Assembly: GCA_963771465.1 (NCBI GenBank)
Contig: CAVYTU010000017.1
Span: 160,001-224,000 of the forward strand
Origin: an uncultured delta proteobacterium
Lineage (GTDB): Bacteria > Desulfobacterota > Binatia > UBA9968
Reading direction: 5' to 3'
Length of the DNA stretch: 64,000 nt
Shown: piece by piece, positions 46,973-59,268 of the stretch
How positions within the stretch are numbered: the stretch's first letter is position 1
Layout of the letters: every line of letters starts with the position of its first letter
Made by a program: the position numbers and the translations under genes
Notes under the pieces: generated by a model
What the model was told of the DNA's origin: nothing
Database searches by the model: none
What the model saw: only the letters and a program-made list of their open reading frames with translations

Positions 46973-47323
46973 CTATCGGCTTGAGTCTTCACCGGTCAGA
47001 CGCGCCGCCTTGCCCGAGCGCTCGCGCAGAAAATAAAGCTTGGCGCGCCGCACTTTGCCGCGGGATACGACTTCGACTTTCTCGATGCGCGGCGAGTGGA
47101 GCGGGAAAACTCTTTCGACGCCGACGCCGTAGGAAATCTTACGCACCCTAAAGTTGGCGCGAGTGCCGCTGCCCGACATGCCAATAACAATGCCTTCGAA
47201 TATTTGCGTGCGCTCTTTTTCGCCTTCGACGACTTTCACGTGGACGCGCACGGTTTCCCCCGGCCGAAGCGCCGGCGGTTGCTGTTTAGCCTGCTGAGCT
47301 TCGAGTTGATCGATGAGATTCAT
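46973..47323 (-). CDS. rplS: 50S ribosomal protein L19
   Basis: [41 protein letters not shown]. Confidence 0.97.
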   Translation of the reverse strand: MNLIDQLEAQQAKQQPPALRPGETVRVHVKVVEGEKERTQIFEGIVIGMSGSGTRANFRVRKISYGVGVERVFPLHSPRIEKVEVVSRGKVRRAKLYFLRERSGKAARLTGEDSSR

Positions 47324-47336
47324 GCTTGACTCCTGT

Positions 47337-48611
47337 CTATCCCTGCCGTCCCATCAAGCGATCCAGAATAATCGCTGCCGCAGAGCGCACCGAAAGATGG
47401 TTATAATCGGTGTAGCCCTCGACCGCCTCTAGGACGTAGTCTGATTGTGAAATTATGGTTTCAGTTAGGCCCCATCCCGTGCCAAAAATAATCAGAAACG
47501 GGCGGGTCTTATTATTTAACATGTCTCTCAGCGCGGCGAAAGAGGTACGCACTCCCATGGGCCGGGCTGAGGTGACGACGATGGCGGGCTTTTCACCGCT
47601 TTCCCGCTCGATATCGATGATGACGTCGTCCAGGCAGTTGGCGATCCGGGTGATTTCGAGCGCCTGTTTGCGTGTCACATTGTATTCGCTGCCGTAGCCG
47701 GTTTCCCAATGTTCGATGATTTTGAGCGCGAGCTTTTGCAGCGCCTTGACCGGCGTGACGACGTAAAAGCCCTTGACGCCGTAAGTGCGGCCCGAACGGG
47801 AGATGTCGTGGATGTCCATGTTGGTCACCGCGGTGGTGACGACGTGATGGTTTTTATCATAAACCGGGTAATGCACGAGCGCGACATAGACCGCGGCCTG
47901 TGCCGCTTGCGTCTTCTCGGAGATTTTAAAATCGCTATTCGTTAGCAGATCAGGGCGGCGTTGGCGGGTTAGCGTGACGCTCTGCTCACGGCGCCATTGG
48001 GCGATTTTCTCATGATCGCCTGAGAGCAACACTTCGGGAACTTTCATGCCGCGGAAATCTTCCGGGCGGGTATATTGCGGGTATTCGAGCAGGCCGTCGC
48101 TGAAGGAATCTTCCGCCGGCGAGTTTTCGTTGCCGAGAACGCCGGGGATCAATCTTGCCACTGCATCGATCACGACATTGGCCGCGGGTTCACCGCCGGT
48201 TAGCGTATAGTCGCCGATCGATAGTTCTTCGTCGACGAAAGTCTTTACTCTCTCGTCGATGCCTTCGTAGCGGCCGCAGATCAGGACGATCTCTTTTTCG
48301 TTGGCCAGCCGAGCCGCCGCGCTCTGATTGAAGACCCGACCCTGGGGTGCCAACAGGATAACCCGCGCCTGAGCATTTTTTCGCCGAGCATCTTCGATCG
48401 CAGCTGCCAGGGGCTCGGGCTTCATCACCATGCCTTGGCCGCCGCCGTAAGGGGAGTCGTCGGTAACGTGATGGCGGTCGTGGGTGTAAGCGCGCAGATC
48501 GACTTGCTCGACTTCGATCAAGCCCTTTTCCTGGGCTTTCTTTAAAATGCTGTGACCCAAGGCGGAATCCAGCATATGCGGAAAGATCGTGATTAGCGTG
48601 AACTTGAGCAT
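47337..48611 (-). CDS. trmD: tRNA (guanine-N1)-methyltransferase fused to a second SPOUT methyltransferase domain (TM1570-like)
   Basis: [33 protein letters not shown]; C-terminal ALVHYPV...[10 protein letters not shown]...FGTGWGL...YNHLSVRSA. Confidence 0.93.
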   Translation of the reverse strand: MLKFTLITIFPHMLDSALGHSILKKAQEKGLIEVEQVDLRAYTHDRHHVTDDSPYGGGQGMVMKPEPLAAAIEDARRKNAQARVILLAPQGRVFNQSAAARLANEKEIVLICGRYEGIDERVKTFVDEELSIGDYTLTGGEPAANVVIDAVARLIPGVLGNENSPAEDSFSDGLLEYPQYTRPEDFRGMKVPEVLLSGDHEKIAQWRREQSVTLTRQRRPDLLTNSDFKISEKTQAAQAAVYVALVHYPVYDKNHHVVTTAVTNMDIHDISRSGRTYGVKGFYVVTPVKALQKLALKIIEHWETGYGSEYNVTRKQALEITRIANCLDDVIIDIERESGEKPAIVVTSARPMGVRTSFAALRDMLNNKTRPFLIIFGTGWGLTETIISQSDYVLEAVEGYTDYNHLSVRSAAAIILDRLMGRQG

Positions 48612-48632
48612 GCCGGCCGCAATTCAAAACAA

Positions 48633-49145
48633 CTAAAGGTCCAACAGGCCTCGGGGTAGGTTGACGATAACTTTTCGATCATCGAAATCGACCTTCTCGA
48701 TGATTTCTTTGACCGCCGGAATCAAATGTTCTTTGTCCGCTCCTCGGACCACGTAAAGTTCGCCGCCCGCAGTGGAAAGCGTTCCAGTAATAGTTCCGAC
48801 TACCGCGCCATTTAAATCAACCACCGCAAAGCCGATGATCTGGTAGTGATAGTATTGCCCGGGTTCGAGCGGATCGAGCGCATCGTCACTGATCAGCAGT
48901 GTCGAGCCGATCAAGGGTTGCGCGGCGTTGATGCTGTCGACGCCGCGCAGTTTGATCAGGAACTGTCTTTTATGCGGCTTGCTCGATTCGAGCTGATGGA
49001 TCGATTGCCGCCCCGACTTTTCGAGGTAAACTTCCATTCCCGCAGAGAGCACCGAACTCTCCGGGTTGAAGGAGTTTAATTTTAGCCAGCCGTCGAGCCC
49101 ATGGGTGGCGACGATTTCACCGAGGGGAACCGAATGGGCAACCAT
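48633..49145 (-). CDS. rimM: 16S rRNA processing protein RimM
   Basis: GEIVATHGLDGWLK, YYHYQIIG, LIPAV; synteny; start uncertain. Confidence 0.9.
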   Translation of the reverse strand: MVAHSVPLGEIVATHGLDGWLKLNSFNPESSVLSAGMEVYLEKSGRQSIHQLESSKPHKRQFLIKLRGVDSINAAQPLIGSTLLISDDALDPLEPGQYYHYQIIGFAVVDLNGAVVGTITGTLSTAGGELYVVRGADKEHLIPAVKEIIEKVDFDDRKVIVNLPRGLLDL

Positions 49146-49164
49146 CGGCGTACCCGGCGCGAGA

Positions 49165-49401
49165 TTAGCTCTCCTCGACGATTTCGAGGACGACTCTGCG
49201 GTTGTCACGGGCAGCCGCGGCGTTGAGCAACGTGCGGATGGATTTCGCCGTGCGGCCTTGTCGGCCGATGATCCGGCCGAGATCTTCCTTGGCTACTTTG
49301 AGCTCTAAAACCTGAGCCTCGTCGTTGGCCGATTCCTTGATCTCAACCGCATCGGGATTGCTCACCAAAGCTTTGGCCAAGTATTGCACCAAATCTTTCA
49401 T
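49165..49401 (-). CDS. khpA: KH-domain RNA-binding protein
   Basis: MKDLVQYLAKALV, DLGRIIGRQGRTAKSIRTLL; between rpsP and rimM. Confidence 0.9.
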   Translation of the reverse strand: MKDLVQYLAKALVSNPDAVEIKESANDEAQVLELKVAKEDLGRIIGRQGRTAKSIRTLLNAAAARDNRRVVLEIVEES

Positions 49402-49418
49402 CGATTCCGGCATACTGC

Positions 49419-49664
49419 CTAGCTGGCTTTCTTTTCTTTTTTGATCAGCTGGGAGACCGTCGCGGACGGCTTGGCGCCCTTTTTGATCCACGACTCGATC
49501 TTATCTTGGTTGAGTTTGACGCCGCCGGTTTTGGCGCTCGGATCGTAGGTGCCGACCTGCTCGATATAACGGCCGTCGCGGGGGAAGCGCTGATCGCTGA
49601 CGACGATACGGTAAAAGGGTTTTTTCTTCGCCCCATGGCGGCTCATGCGAATGCTGACACTCAT
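49419..49664 (-). CDS. rpsP: 30S ribosomal protein S16
   Basis: [28 protein letters not shown]. Confidence 0.97.
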   Translation of the reverse strand: MSVSIRMSRHGAKKKPFYRIVVSDQRFPRDGRYIEQVGTYDPSAKTGGVKLNQDKIESWIKKGAKPSATVSQLIKKEKKAS

Positions 49665-49676
49665 TTTTCTTCTCCT

Positions 49677-51017
49677 CTAATTAAATGGGTTGGGCATTCT
49701 GCTGAGGAGCGATTTGGCTCCCAGCTTGCTCACCCGTGACATCATTTTTTTCATTTCAAGAAATTGTTTCATCAAGCGATTGACGTCGTTGACCGTGGTG
49801 CCGCTGCCTTGGGCGATGCGCCGGCGCCGGCCGCCATTCAAAAGCGCCGGATTGCGCCGTTCTTGAATCGTCATCGAGTTGATGATCGCTTCGACCCGTT
49901 TCAATTCCTTCTCAGCTTTGTCGGCATCGACCTGGGACGCCAGCTTCTTGCCGCCAGGGATCATCTCAAGCAGGCCGCCCACAGGTCCCATGCGTTTGAT
50001 TTGTTGGAGCTGCAGTTGAAACTCTTCCAGGGTAAATTGTTGCTTTTGAAACGCCTGCTGTAATCGCTCGGCTTCTTTCTGCTCGACGTTTTGCTGCACC
50101 TTGTCGATCAGCGAAAGCACATCGCCCATGCCCAAAATGCGCGAAGCCAACCGGTCGGGGTAGAACGGTTCGAGCGCGTCGAGCTTTTCGCCGACACCCG
50201 AGAACAAAATCGGCTTGCCGACCATCTCGCGGATCGACAAAGCCGCGCCGCCGCGGGCGTCGCCGTCGAGTTTGGTCAGTATAATTCCGCTCAGACCGAG
50301 TTTGCCGTCGAAACCGAGCGCTTGATTGACGGCATCCTGACCGGTCATGGAGTCGGCGACAAACAAAATTTGATGCGGCCCGACCGCGTCTTTGATGCTT
50401 GCCAACTCCTGCATCAACTCTTCATCGATATGCAAACGCCCGGCGGTGTCGATCAGCAGCACGTCGCAGAATTTCTTCTTGGCTTCTTCTAAAGCGCGCT
50501 GGCAAATCGCCACGGCCGACATCTTGGGATCGGAATCATAAACCGGCACCGCCAACTCGTTGCCGAGAATTTTCAGCTGCTCGATGGCTGCCGGACGATA
50601 GATATCCGCCGGCACAAGAAAGGGCGTGCGTTTCTTTTCTTTTTTAAGATAGCGCGCCAGTTTCGCCAGCGTCGTGGTCTTGCCTGATCCCTGTAAGCCG
50701 ACCAGCATGATGACCACTGGCGGCGCGCTCTTAAGATCGATCTCACGGTACTCGCCGCCCAATAATTGAATCAGTTCGTCGCGCACGATGCCGACGAACT
50801 GCTGCTCGGGCGTGAGACTTTGCAGCACCTCTTGGCCCATCGCTTTGGCCTTAACCGCATCGAGAAAGGTCTTGACGACCTTCAGATGAACATCGGCCTC
50901 GAGCAAAGCGAGGCGCACGTCGCGCAGCGCGTCGTCAATATTGGTCTCGGTGATCCTGCCCTGACCTCGTAACCGTTTAAAGGTCAGTTCAAGTTTGTCG
51001 GTTAGCGATTCGAACAT
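49677..51017 (-). CDS. ffh: signal recognition particle protein
   Basis: GLQGSGKTT, DTAGRLH, TKLDGDARGGAAL, M domain. Confidence 0.97.
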   Translation of the reverse strand: MFESLTDKLELTFKRLRGQGRITETNIDDALRDVRLALLEADVHLKVVKTFLDAVKAKAMGQEVLQSLTPEQQFVGIVRDELIQLLGGEYREIDLKSAPPVVIMLVGLQGSGKTTTLAKLARYLKKEKKRTPFLVPADIYRPAAIEQLKILGNELAVPVYDSDPKMSAVAICQRALEEAKKKFCDVLLIDTAGRLHIDEELMQELASIKDAVGPHQILFVADSMTGQDAVNQALGFDGKLGLSGIILTKLDGDARGGAALSIREMVGKPILFSGVGEKLDALEPFYPDRLASRILGMGDVLSLIDKVQQNVEQKEAERLQQAFQKQQFTLEEFQLQLQQIKRMGPVGGLLEMIPGGKKLASQVDADKAEKELKRVEAIINSMTIQERRNPALLNGGRRRRIAQGSGTTVNDVNRLMKQFLEMKKMMSRVSKLGAKSLLSRMPNPFN

Positions 51018-51164
51018 GAATGGGATTGCTAAATTACTATATTTCCAGCGGAAAGTTTCACAGCAAAGTAATATGAAAGATTCGGAGAGTCAAGGTAGAG
51101 GGGGCTAGCTGTAGGCGAAGACAATCTCTATGTTGGGTAAATTAAATGCCGTCGGGCGTCTGAT

Positions 51165-54100
51165 TTAGCTAGATAGAGTTGTGGAACTTTCAATTACCGA
51201 GCCGAGTTTTTCGATAACTTCACTGACTAAGTAGGGTTTGTGGATGCAGCCCATGACGCCGGCTCGGAGGATCTCCGCTTTCAATTCTGGCTGCAGATAG
51301 CCGGTTGCGATAATAATGCGCACATCCGGGTTTTGCTCTTTTAGGCGAGGAATCACGTCTAAGCCGGTGACTTTAGGCAAGCCGAGATCGAGCAGCACCA
51401 CATCGATCTCTGCCTGGTGCTGTTGGTAGAGTTCGATCGCTTCTTTGCCGTCCTTGGCCGCCAAGACGCGGTAGCCCGCCCGCGGCAAGAGCTTTTTCAG
51501 AAGGCGCACCATTTGCTCTTCGTCCTCGACGACGAGAACAGTTCCTCGATGAGCGGCGTGATTTTGACCGGAAGCTTCCACTTTTATGGTTTCGTCGACC
51601 GGCGAAATTTCTATCGAGCGAAGCATGGGCAAATAAAGCCGAAACGTGGTGCCGTGCCCGACCTGGCTGTCCACTTCGATGAAACCATTGTGTTCTTTCA
51701 CGATCCCGTAAACGATTGCGAGTCCTAAGCCGGTGCCTTCGCCTACCCCTTTGGTCGTGAAGAAAGGCTCGAAAATGCGCGCGCGGATTTCTTCGCGCAT
51801 GCCGATACCCGTATCGCTGATCACCACGCAGACACAGCCATCCGCGCCAGCGCCAACTTGCCGGCCGGTCAATTCGTTGGCGTCGACTACATTCGTCGTG
51901 ATCGTAAGCGTACCGCCCGTCGGCATGGCGTCACGAGCATTGACGCTGATATTGAGGAGCGCTTGGCTGAGTTTGTTTGCATCGGCCGACACGAGCATTG
52001 GCCGGGGATCAAGAGCCAAGGCGACGGCGATCGTTTTGGGGAAAGTTTTGATCAAGTCACGGAGTGTCAAAACGATATCGTTGACGTTTGCCGGCGCTAA
52101 ACGCGTCTCCACCTTGCGCGCCACCGTGAGCAGTTGGCGCACCACCGCGGCGCCGCGATCGATTTCTTGGTTGATGATTTTCAAGCTCGCTTTGATCTGC
52201 GGGGTGGCCGAACGTTCATGGCCAATCAGCGTAGCGTAGCCGTTGATAACGTTGAGAATATTGTTGAAATCGTGCGCGATACCGCCCGCCAGCGTGCCGA
52301 CGCTCTCCATCTTTTGCGCGTGACGAAGCTGCTGTTCAAGATGCTTTTGCTCGGTGATGGTTTCCAGCAAAGCGCTGTGCGCTCGCTCTAGATCGGCCGT
52401 GCGCTCTTGCACTCGCCTCTCGAGATCTTCGTTAGTTTTGACTAATTCGTCCTTCGCTTGACGCAGCAGTTCGTCGGCGCGCTTGCGCTCCGAGATGTCG
52501 CGCACGATGCCGGTGAAAATACGCTGATCGCCGACGCGCGTTTCGCTTACCGCGAGTTCGCATGGAAAAGTTTCACCGCCCTTGCGCCGGCCGGATACTT
52601 CGCGGCCGACGCCGATTACTTTTTTGTCTCCCGTGCGCAGATAATTGCTGATATAGGAATCGTGCTCGGCCCGGTATGGATCGGCCGTAAGCATGCGAAT
52701 GTTCTGACCGATCATTTCCGCGGCCGGGTAAGCAAAGATGCGCTGGGCCGCCGGATTGACGGTATTTATCGTCCCGCGCTCGTCTATGGTAATGATACCA
52801 TCCACCGCCGTGTCAACCACGGCGCGCAAACGTTCCTCGCTATGCAGCAGGAGATCTTCGGTCTGAGTCCGTTCGATAAAGTCCGCAGCCTGACGGGCCA
52901 GCAAGTCCAGCAGCGTCAGCTGACGATCGGTGGGGCGATGTGGCTTTCGATAATGTGTCGATAGCATACCGACCAGATGGCCGGCACGACTGACCAGTGG
53001 GGTGGACTGAACCGCCCGCGCACCGGCTGCGAGCATCGCCTCGCGAGCGGGAGTATCGGCGAAAATTCGACTGGTGCTGACATCGTCCACGATGACCCGC
53101 GCGCCCAGTTGCATCGCGCTGCCGCAGGCGGCTGAGCCATCATGAACCGTATCGAAGAATTCAAGGAAAGGACTCTCGAAACCCCGTTGCGCGACGATCT
53201 TCAAGACGCTTGATCCGCGCTCGAAGAGTTGCACGTCACCCATGTCGGCGCCGGTGATTTCAATGCCAACGTCGAGAATATCGTGCAGCAGCGCGCCCGC
53301 GTCGTGGGTCTGCACGAGTCTTATGCTGAGCCGCTGCAATCGCGTCATCGCCGCCAAATCGGCGGCCAATTGTTTGTTGAGCGTGGCTATTTCGTTTTCG
53401 CTCCGCTTGCGCTCGGTGATGTCGTTAATCGATGCGACCCAGCCGTGGACTTGGCCGTGCTCGTCCTTGTCAGGCATGTAAAACACGCGAATGAAGCGAC
53501 TGCCAACTCGCTTGAACGGAATCTCCGCTTCGAATTCGACGGGCCGCCCCTGCAGGACGGTGTCCACGTAGGGTCGAATGGCTGCAAAACCTTCGGCGCC
53601 GATAATATCCAGGATCGGTCTGCCGATGATCTGCGTGGGCGTCAGGTCGAGCATCGCCGCATAGGCACGGTTGACGTAAGTATAGCGGAGATCGCGACTG
53701 CATTGGGTTAGCAATACCGGAGTGATATCGGTGATTGCGCGCAGCTGGAATCGCTGAGTCCGGAGGTCATCTTCGGCCCGCTTGCGCTCCATGAATTGGC
53801 CGATCTGCCCGCCAATATCGCTGACCATCTGCAGGAAATGATCGTCAGGTTCGCGAACCTCGCGACTGAAGCATTCGACGACGCCGAGAATCTCGCCACC
53901 CAGTTTGATTGGAAAGCCGAAGGCGCCGTGCAGCCCGTCTTTGCTAGCCAGTGGCGCGCGTGGGAAATTGCTGTCCGTGGTAACGTCGGCGATCCAGGCT
54001 GCCGCGCCGGTGCTCCAAACTCGGCCGGGTAATTCCACTCCGGCAGGAAAGCGGCGTTGTTTGGTGTCGGCCGCAAATAATGGCGCCTGTAGGGTGGGCA

Positions 54101-55283
54101 GATGCCACACCTCGACGCAGCGCAATTCATTGGCAGAACGATCGATGTTCCAGAGCGCGCCCCAGTCCCATCGGGCCCGCTCGCAGAGAACTTGGAGGAT
54201 CTGTGGAACAGCCTCCTTAAGCGTCGGAGACTCTGCCAGCACGCGGTTAACCGCCTCCTGGACCTCCAGACGTTGCTGGACTCGCCTGCTCTCAGAGATG
54301 ACAGAAGCAAGCACCAAGGTCGCAGCGGCGATGGTGCCCATGAAACCCTGAAGGCGGAGCAGGGATTCATGGGGATTGGCATCCGCATACGGACCGACGC
54401 CCAATTGAGTGCCTACTAACGCAACGCTCGACATGATCATCGCTGAAGTTACGGCGCCGCGTTGACCGAAACGGAAAGCCGCCCACAATAGTGGAAGGAC
54501 GACTGCATAATCCGGGCTCGAAGAAATGCCTCTGAGAAATATCAAGTAACCGATCAAAAGCAGCGATAGTAGCAGTCCGCCAGCCTCCATCACCCGCTTC
54601 GGATTCCATTGAGGAAATGGCTGCGTCACCCAGATCACTAGGAGCGGCGCAACGATCAAATCGCCCACCGCATCGCCCAGCCACCAGGTAAGCCAAATCG
54701 CTTCATAGCGATCCCATGGAGCGAAGCCCGTCAGGGTCAAGCTGGTAACTCCCAAGGTCGCACTCACGGCCGTGCTCAGAATCGGGCCGAGCACGACAAA
54801 CTTGAAAATGTTTCTGGCTCGTTCGAAGGCTTTGGCCCCATTGGCAAAACGGACGATCGCCCAAGCTCCCAGCAGCGCCTCTAGCGTATTGCCGGCCGCG
54901 ATGCCGAGCGTGGTCACCAGCGATCCTTGCGTGGTGATGTTCACCAGGAAGGCGCCGATAAAAATTCCCGGCCAAAGGCGGTATCCCCAAAGTAGGAGCG
55001 CCGCTAGCGCGATCCCAGTAGGAGGCCAAACCGCAGAGGTGCTCGCGTGAATATAGGCCCAAGAAAGGCCAATCTTACCGGCGCAAAAATATACTGCCGC
55101 GAGAGCCACGATCGCTGTCGATGTGCGCAACCATGGTCGCTTATTAAAGTCACCGCTTAGTACCGGCCAGGAGCTTAGGGTCAAAAAATTTCCCTTTCGA
55201 TGGTGAACTGAAGTTAAAATGGGATCTGGGTGGAACACCGGGTGTTCACCCCCGGTCTCATTTCCCGAAGTCAGTTTAGCCAT
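51165..55283 (-). CDS. hybrid sensor kinase MASE1-GAF-PAS-GAF-PAS(heme-like)-HisKA-HATPase-REC
   Basis: VWPPTGIALA, WWLGD (MASE1); GIAHDFNN, FEPFFTTK, GTGLGL; VLVVEDE, LDLGLP; start may be further downstream. Confidence 0.9.
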   Translation of the reverse strand: MAKLTSGNETGGEHPVFHPDPILTSVHHRKGNFLTLSSWPVLSGDFNKRPWLRTSTAIVALAAVYFCAGKIGLSWAYIHASTSAVWPPTGIALAALLLWGYRLWPGIFIGAFLVNITTQGSLVTTLGIAAGNTLEALLGAWAIVRFANGAKAFERARNIFKFVVLGPILSTAVSATLGVTSLTLTGFAPWDRYEAIWLTWWLGDAVGDLIVAPLLVIWVTQPFPQWNPKRVMEAGGLLLSLLLIGYLIFLRGISSSPDYAVVLPLLWAAFRFGQRGAVTSAMIMSSVALVGTQLGVGPYADANPHESLLRLQGFMGTIAAATLVLASVISESRRVQQRLEVQEAVNRVLAESPTLKEAVPQILQVLCERARWDWGALWNIDRSANELRCVEVWHLPTLQAPLFAADTKQRRFPAGVELPGRVWSTGAAAWIADVTTDSNFPRAPLASKDGLHGAFGFPIKLGGEILGVVECFSREVREPDDHFLQMVSDIGGQIGQFMERKRAEDDLRTQRFQLRAITDITPVLLTQCSRDLRYTYVNRAYAAMLDLTPTQIIGRPILDIIGAEGFAAIRPYVDTVLQGRPVEFEAEIPFKRVGSRFIRVFYMPDKDEHGQVHGWVASINDITERKRSENEIATLNKQLAADLAAMTRLQRLSIRLVQTHDAGALLHDILDVGIEITGADMGDVQLFERGSSVLKIVAQRGFESPFLEFFDTVHDGSAACGSAMQLGARVIVDDVSTSRIFADTPAREAMLAAGARAVQSTPLVSRAGHLVGMLSTHYRKPHRPTDRQLTLLDLLARQAADFIERTQTEDLLLHSEERLRAVVDTAVDGIITIDERGTINTVNPAAQRIFAYPAAEMIGQNIRMLTADPYRAEHDSYISNYLRTGDKKVIGVGREVSGRRKGGETFPCELAVSETRVGDQRIFTGIVRDISERKRADELLRQAKDELVKTNEDLERRVQERTADLERAHSALLETITEQKHLEQQLRHAQKMESVGTLAGGIAHDFNNILNVINGYATLIGHERSATPQIKASLKIINQEIDRGAAVVRQLLTVARKVETRLAPANVNDIVLTLRDLIKTFPKTIAVALALDPRPMLVSADANKLSQALLNISVNARDAMPTGGTLTITTNVVDANELTGRQVGAGADGCVCVVISDTGIGMREEIRARIFEPFFTTKGVGEGTGLGLAIVYGIVKEHNGFIEVDSQVGHGTTFRLYLPMLRSIEISPVDETIKVEASGQNHAAHRGTVLVVEDEEQMVRLLKKLLPRAGYRVLAAKDGKEAIELYQQHQAEIDVVLLDLGLPKVTGLDVIPRLKEQNPDVRIIIATGYLQPELKAEILRAGVMGCIHKPYLVSEVIEKLGSVIESSTTLSS

Positions 55284-55548
55284 GAATCAGTCTTCCAAAG
55301 GTGCGAGTAGCGGGCCATATCCTTATCCTTCTCATTTGTAGTTTGTCAATCTATTTTTACTTTTACCGCGGTGTTGTCGTCGATTGAATTGAACTGTTGC
55401 CCGCACCAACTTTGAGCCGGGATTATCGCTAGAATGTGAATCGGAAAAAAAAGCGGTGCTGGTCCGACTATGCTCTAGTCTTTGCTCTAGCTGCAAAAAG
55501 TGCTATGGGAGGGCACTTCCGACAATTTAATGCTTCTGTCAGGCGGCT

Positions 55549-55902
55549 ATGTCAAAAAGAATCCTCGTTGTCGATAACGAACAACGCAGCCGGGAAATCA
55601 TCGCGCACTTTTTGCGCGAAGCAGAATACGACGTCGGGGAGGCAGATGACGGCGTAAGCGCCATCCAAATGCTTGCCAAAAATAAATATGACTTGATGAT
55701 TTGTGATGTCGTCATGCCTCAGTTGGGGGCCTTTGACGTGATCAGTTACATGAAGTCCCGCTCGCTCTCGACGTCAGTCATACTGATCACGGGACATCCC
55801 GACTTGCTCGCGAGACGAGGCCTCGGACATTTACCCCATTTTGCCAAGCCCTTTAATATGTATGATCTGCTCCGCATGGTTGAAAAATTGCTCAGTGCAT
55901 AA
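55549..55902 (+). CDS. single-domain response regulator
   Basis: ILVVDNE, ICDVVMP, LITG, KPF. Confidence 0.85.
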   Translation: MSKRILVVDNEQRSREIIAHFLREAEYDVGEADDGVSAIQMLAKNKYDLMICDVVMPQLGAFDVISYMKSRSLSTSVILITGHPDLLARRGLGHLPHFAKPFNMYDLLRMVEKLLSA

Positions 55903-56182
55903 ACGGCTGGGTTAGCCATCCGTCTCAGATTCGCTCGCCTTTGATAGTCTTTAGATTTACTCTCGGAAAGAAGGAAACCGCCAGGTGGGAGTGGGGTCGA
56001 CGACGAGTTCCACACGGCTTTCTACTGAAAAACCCACATGGTTTTTTTCTCGAGTCTGCGGCTTTGGCGGCTGAGGTAGAGTTTTGGAGTTGAGGGGAGG
56101 CTTGGAAATTGAAGGGTGAAGTCTTTAGGACGAGTCTCATCGCCTGATACCGCGCAGCTTACCGCGGGTGTTCATTGAAGCC

Positions 56183-56232
56183 AAAAAGAAAGGCCCGTTG
56201 CCAACGTCTTTCAACGCTGGTAACGGGCCTTT
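56183..56232 (-). terminator. intrinsic terminator of groESL
   Basis: AAAGGCCCGTTACCA...TGGCAACGGGCCTTT followed by CTTTTT on the minus strand. Confidence 0.8.
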
Positions 56233-56250
56233 GGCAAGAGTGCGGTTGTT

Positions 56251-57927
<1,677 letters not shown>

Positions 57928-57951
57928 TCAGTTTCTCGAAAAATTATCTTA

Positions 57952-58242
57952 TTATTTGTCGATGATACCGAGGATATCATCCTCGCGCATGATCATGTGT
58001 TCTTCGCCGTCGATATTGATTTCGCTGCCGGAATATTTCCCGAATAGCACTCGGTCATTCACTTTAACATCGAGCGGGGTGATCTTGCCGTCATCGTTGA
58101 CTTTTCCCTTACCGACCGCCACGACTTTGCCTTCCTGCGGCTTCTCCTTGGCGGTGTCGGGGATGAAGATCCCTCCCTTGCTCTTTTCCTCTTCCTCGAT
58201 GCGTTTGACGATGACCCGGTCTTGCAAAGGCCTTATTTTCAC
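57952..58242 (-). CDS. groS: co-chaperonin GroES
   Basis: [24 protein letters not shown]; GTG start after GGAGG. Confidence 0.97.
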   Translation of the reverse strand: MKIRPLQDRVIVKRIEEEEKSKGGIFIPDTAKEKPQEGKVVAVGKGKVNDDGKITPLDVKVNDRVLFGKYSGSEINIDGEEHMIMREDDILGIIDK

Positions 58243-58346
58243 GTCCTGCCTCCTTTCAGATTTTCAACTTAAACTACTATTTTTTATGGAGTTTGCCGGG
58301 ACTATCGCGTTCGCAAAAAGATCCCCGGATAGTCCTCGGCGCGGTC

Positions 58347-58374
58347 AATCTAAGCATTGATTAGTCGATGTCAA
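58347..58374 (-). promoter_or_regulatory. promoter candidate for groESL
   Basis: TTGACA-16 nt-TAGATT on the minus strand. Confidence 0.5.
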
Positions 58375-58430
58375 GGTTTTTCATGTGAAATTTCGTTTTG
58401 GTTTACCGTTGCCGCACGGCTAACGCCAGG

Positions 58431-58706
58431 TCAGCGGCGCTGCTTGCGGGACTCCTCTTCGAAATATTTGCGGTATAGGATATCCCACTCCCGGCTGCCA
58501 GGCGGCACGCGACGCGAAAGCGATTGGATTTTCTGCCGGACGATATCGTCGATCTGGTCTTCGCGCTGAAAAAAATCATGTAGCACCAGTTTGGTATCAG
58601 CGAGCGCCCGGCCCTCGCTGGGAAAATCGCCCAGGTTTCCCTTGCGCACGGCGTCGATCACCAGGTGGGCGAGATGGGAGATGCGGCTGTCGGACAAACG
58701 GGTCAC
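58431..58706 (-). CDS. DUF507 family protein
   Basis: RLSDSRISHLAH, VRQKIQSLSRRVPPGSREWDILYRKYFEEE. Confidence 0.8.
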   Translation of the reverse strand: MTRLSDSRISHLAHLVIDAVRKGNLGDFPSEGRALADTKLVLHDFFQREDQIDDIVRQKIQSLSRRVPPGSREWDILYRKYFEEESRKQRR

Positions 58707-58978
58707 AGGATAAAACCTTTCTTGGCCGCGAGTTTCTGTTTGGCGAGCAGAAACATCTTAAACGGGTCCATATCCCGCGACGCTTGAGCGACGGAGGCTA
58801 GCATCTTGCGCGCTTCTTCTTCGATCGCTTCTTCCTCGGCAAAATTCTTGGCGATCACGTCGGCGATGGTCTTTTTTATCGCCGCGTCAGTGGCTTTGCC
58901 GACCATCAGTTCATTCTTCTTATAGCTGGCGAGCAGCAAGCTTGCGATCTGGTCAAGCTGTTCCGGCTTAATTTTCAT
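58703..58978 (-). CDS. DUF507 family protein
   Basis: EEEAIEEEARKML, MFLLAKQKLAAKKGFIL; overlaps paralog. Confidence 0.8.
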   Translation of the reverse strand: MKIKPEQLDQIASLLLASYKKNELMVGKATDAAIKKTIADVIAKNFAEEEAIEEEARKMLASVAQASRDMDPFKMFLLAKQKLAAKKGFIL

Positions 58979-58982
58979 CAGC

Positions 58983-59263
58983 TGTGGAAAACTCTGTGGA
59001 TAACCTGCTCGTTAACGGTTAATAGCCCGGTAGACGTTGTGGGTTTAAAGTTCGTATCTATCGGTCACGCGCGCTGAAGTCAATTGCCGATTGGCTCCCG
59101 TGCACGTTTGGAAATGACCTTTTAGGCGGGAAAATGTTGTGATTCCTGGGCTTTTTTGCCAATATGATTTTGCCTGACCGAGTTCCATGGAAATTCCATT
59201 AAGAATTTATACACAGCCCGGTATCGCCTGGGTTGTTTATCTGCCAATACCCTGTGTGGAGAA
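58983..59263. promoter_or_regulatory. DnaA-box cluster (candidate oriC or DnaA-regulated divergent promoter)
   Basis: TGTGGAAAA 58983, TGTGGATAA 58995, TTATACACA 59207, TGTGGAGAA 59255. Confidence 0.55.
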
Positions 59264-59268
59264 CTCAT

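Noticed and set aside
55925-56140. 71-aa ORF with repeated RKPCG
   Set aside because: No SD or family motif; the repeat is explained by a short local DNA duplication or hairpin
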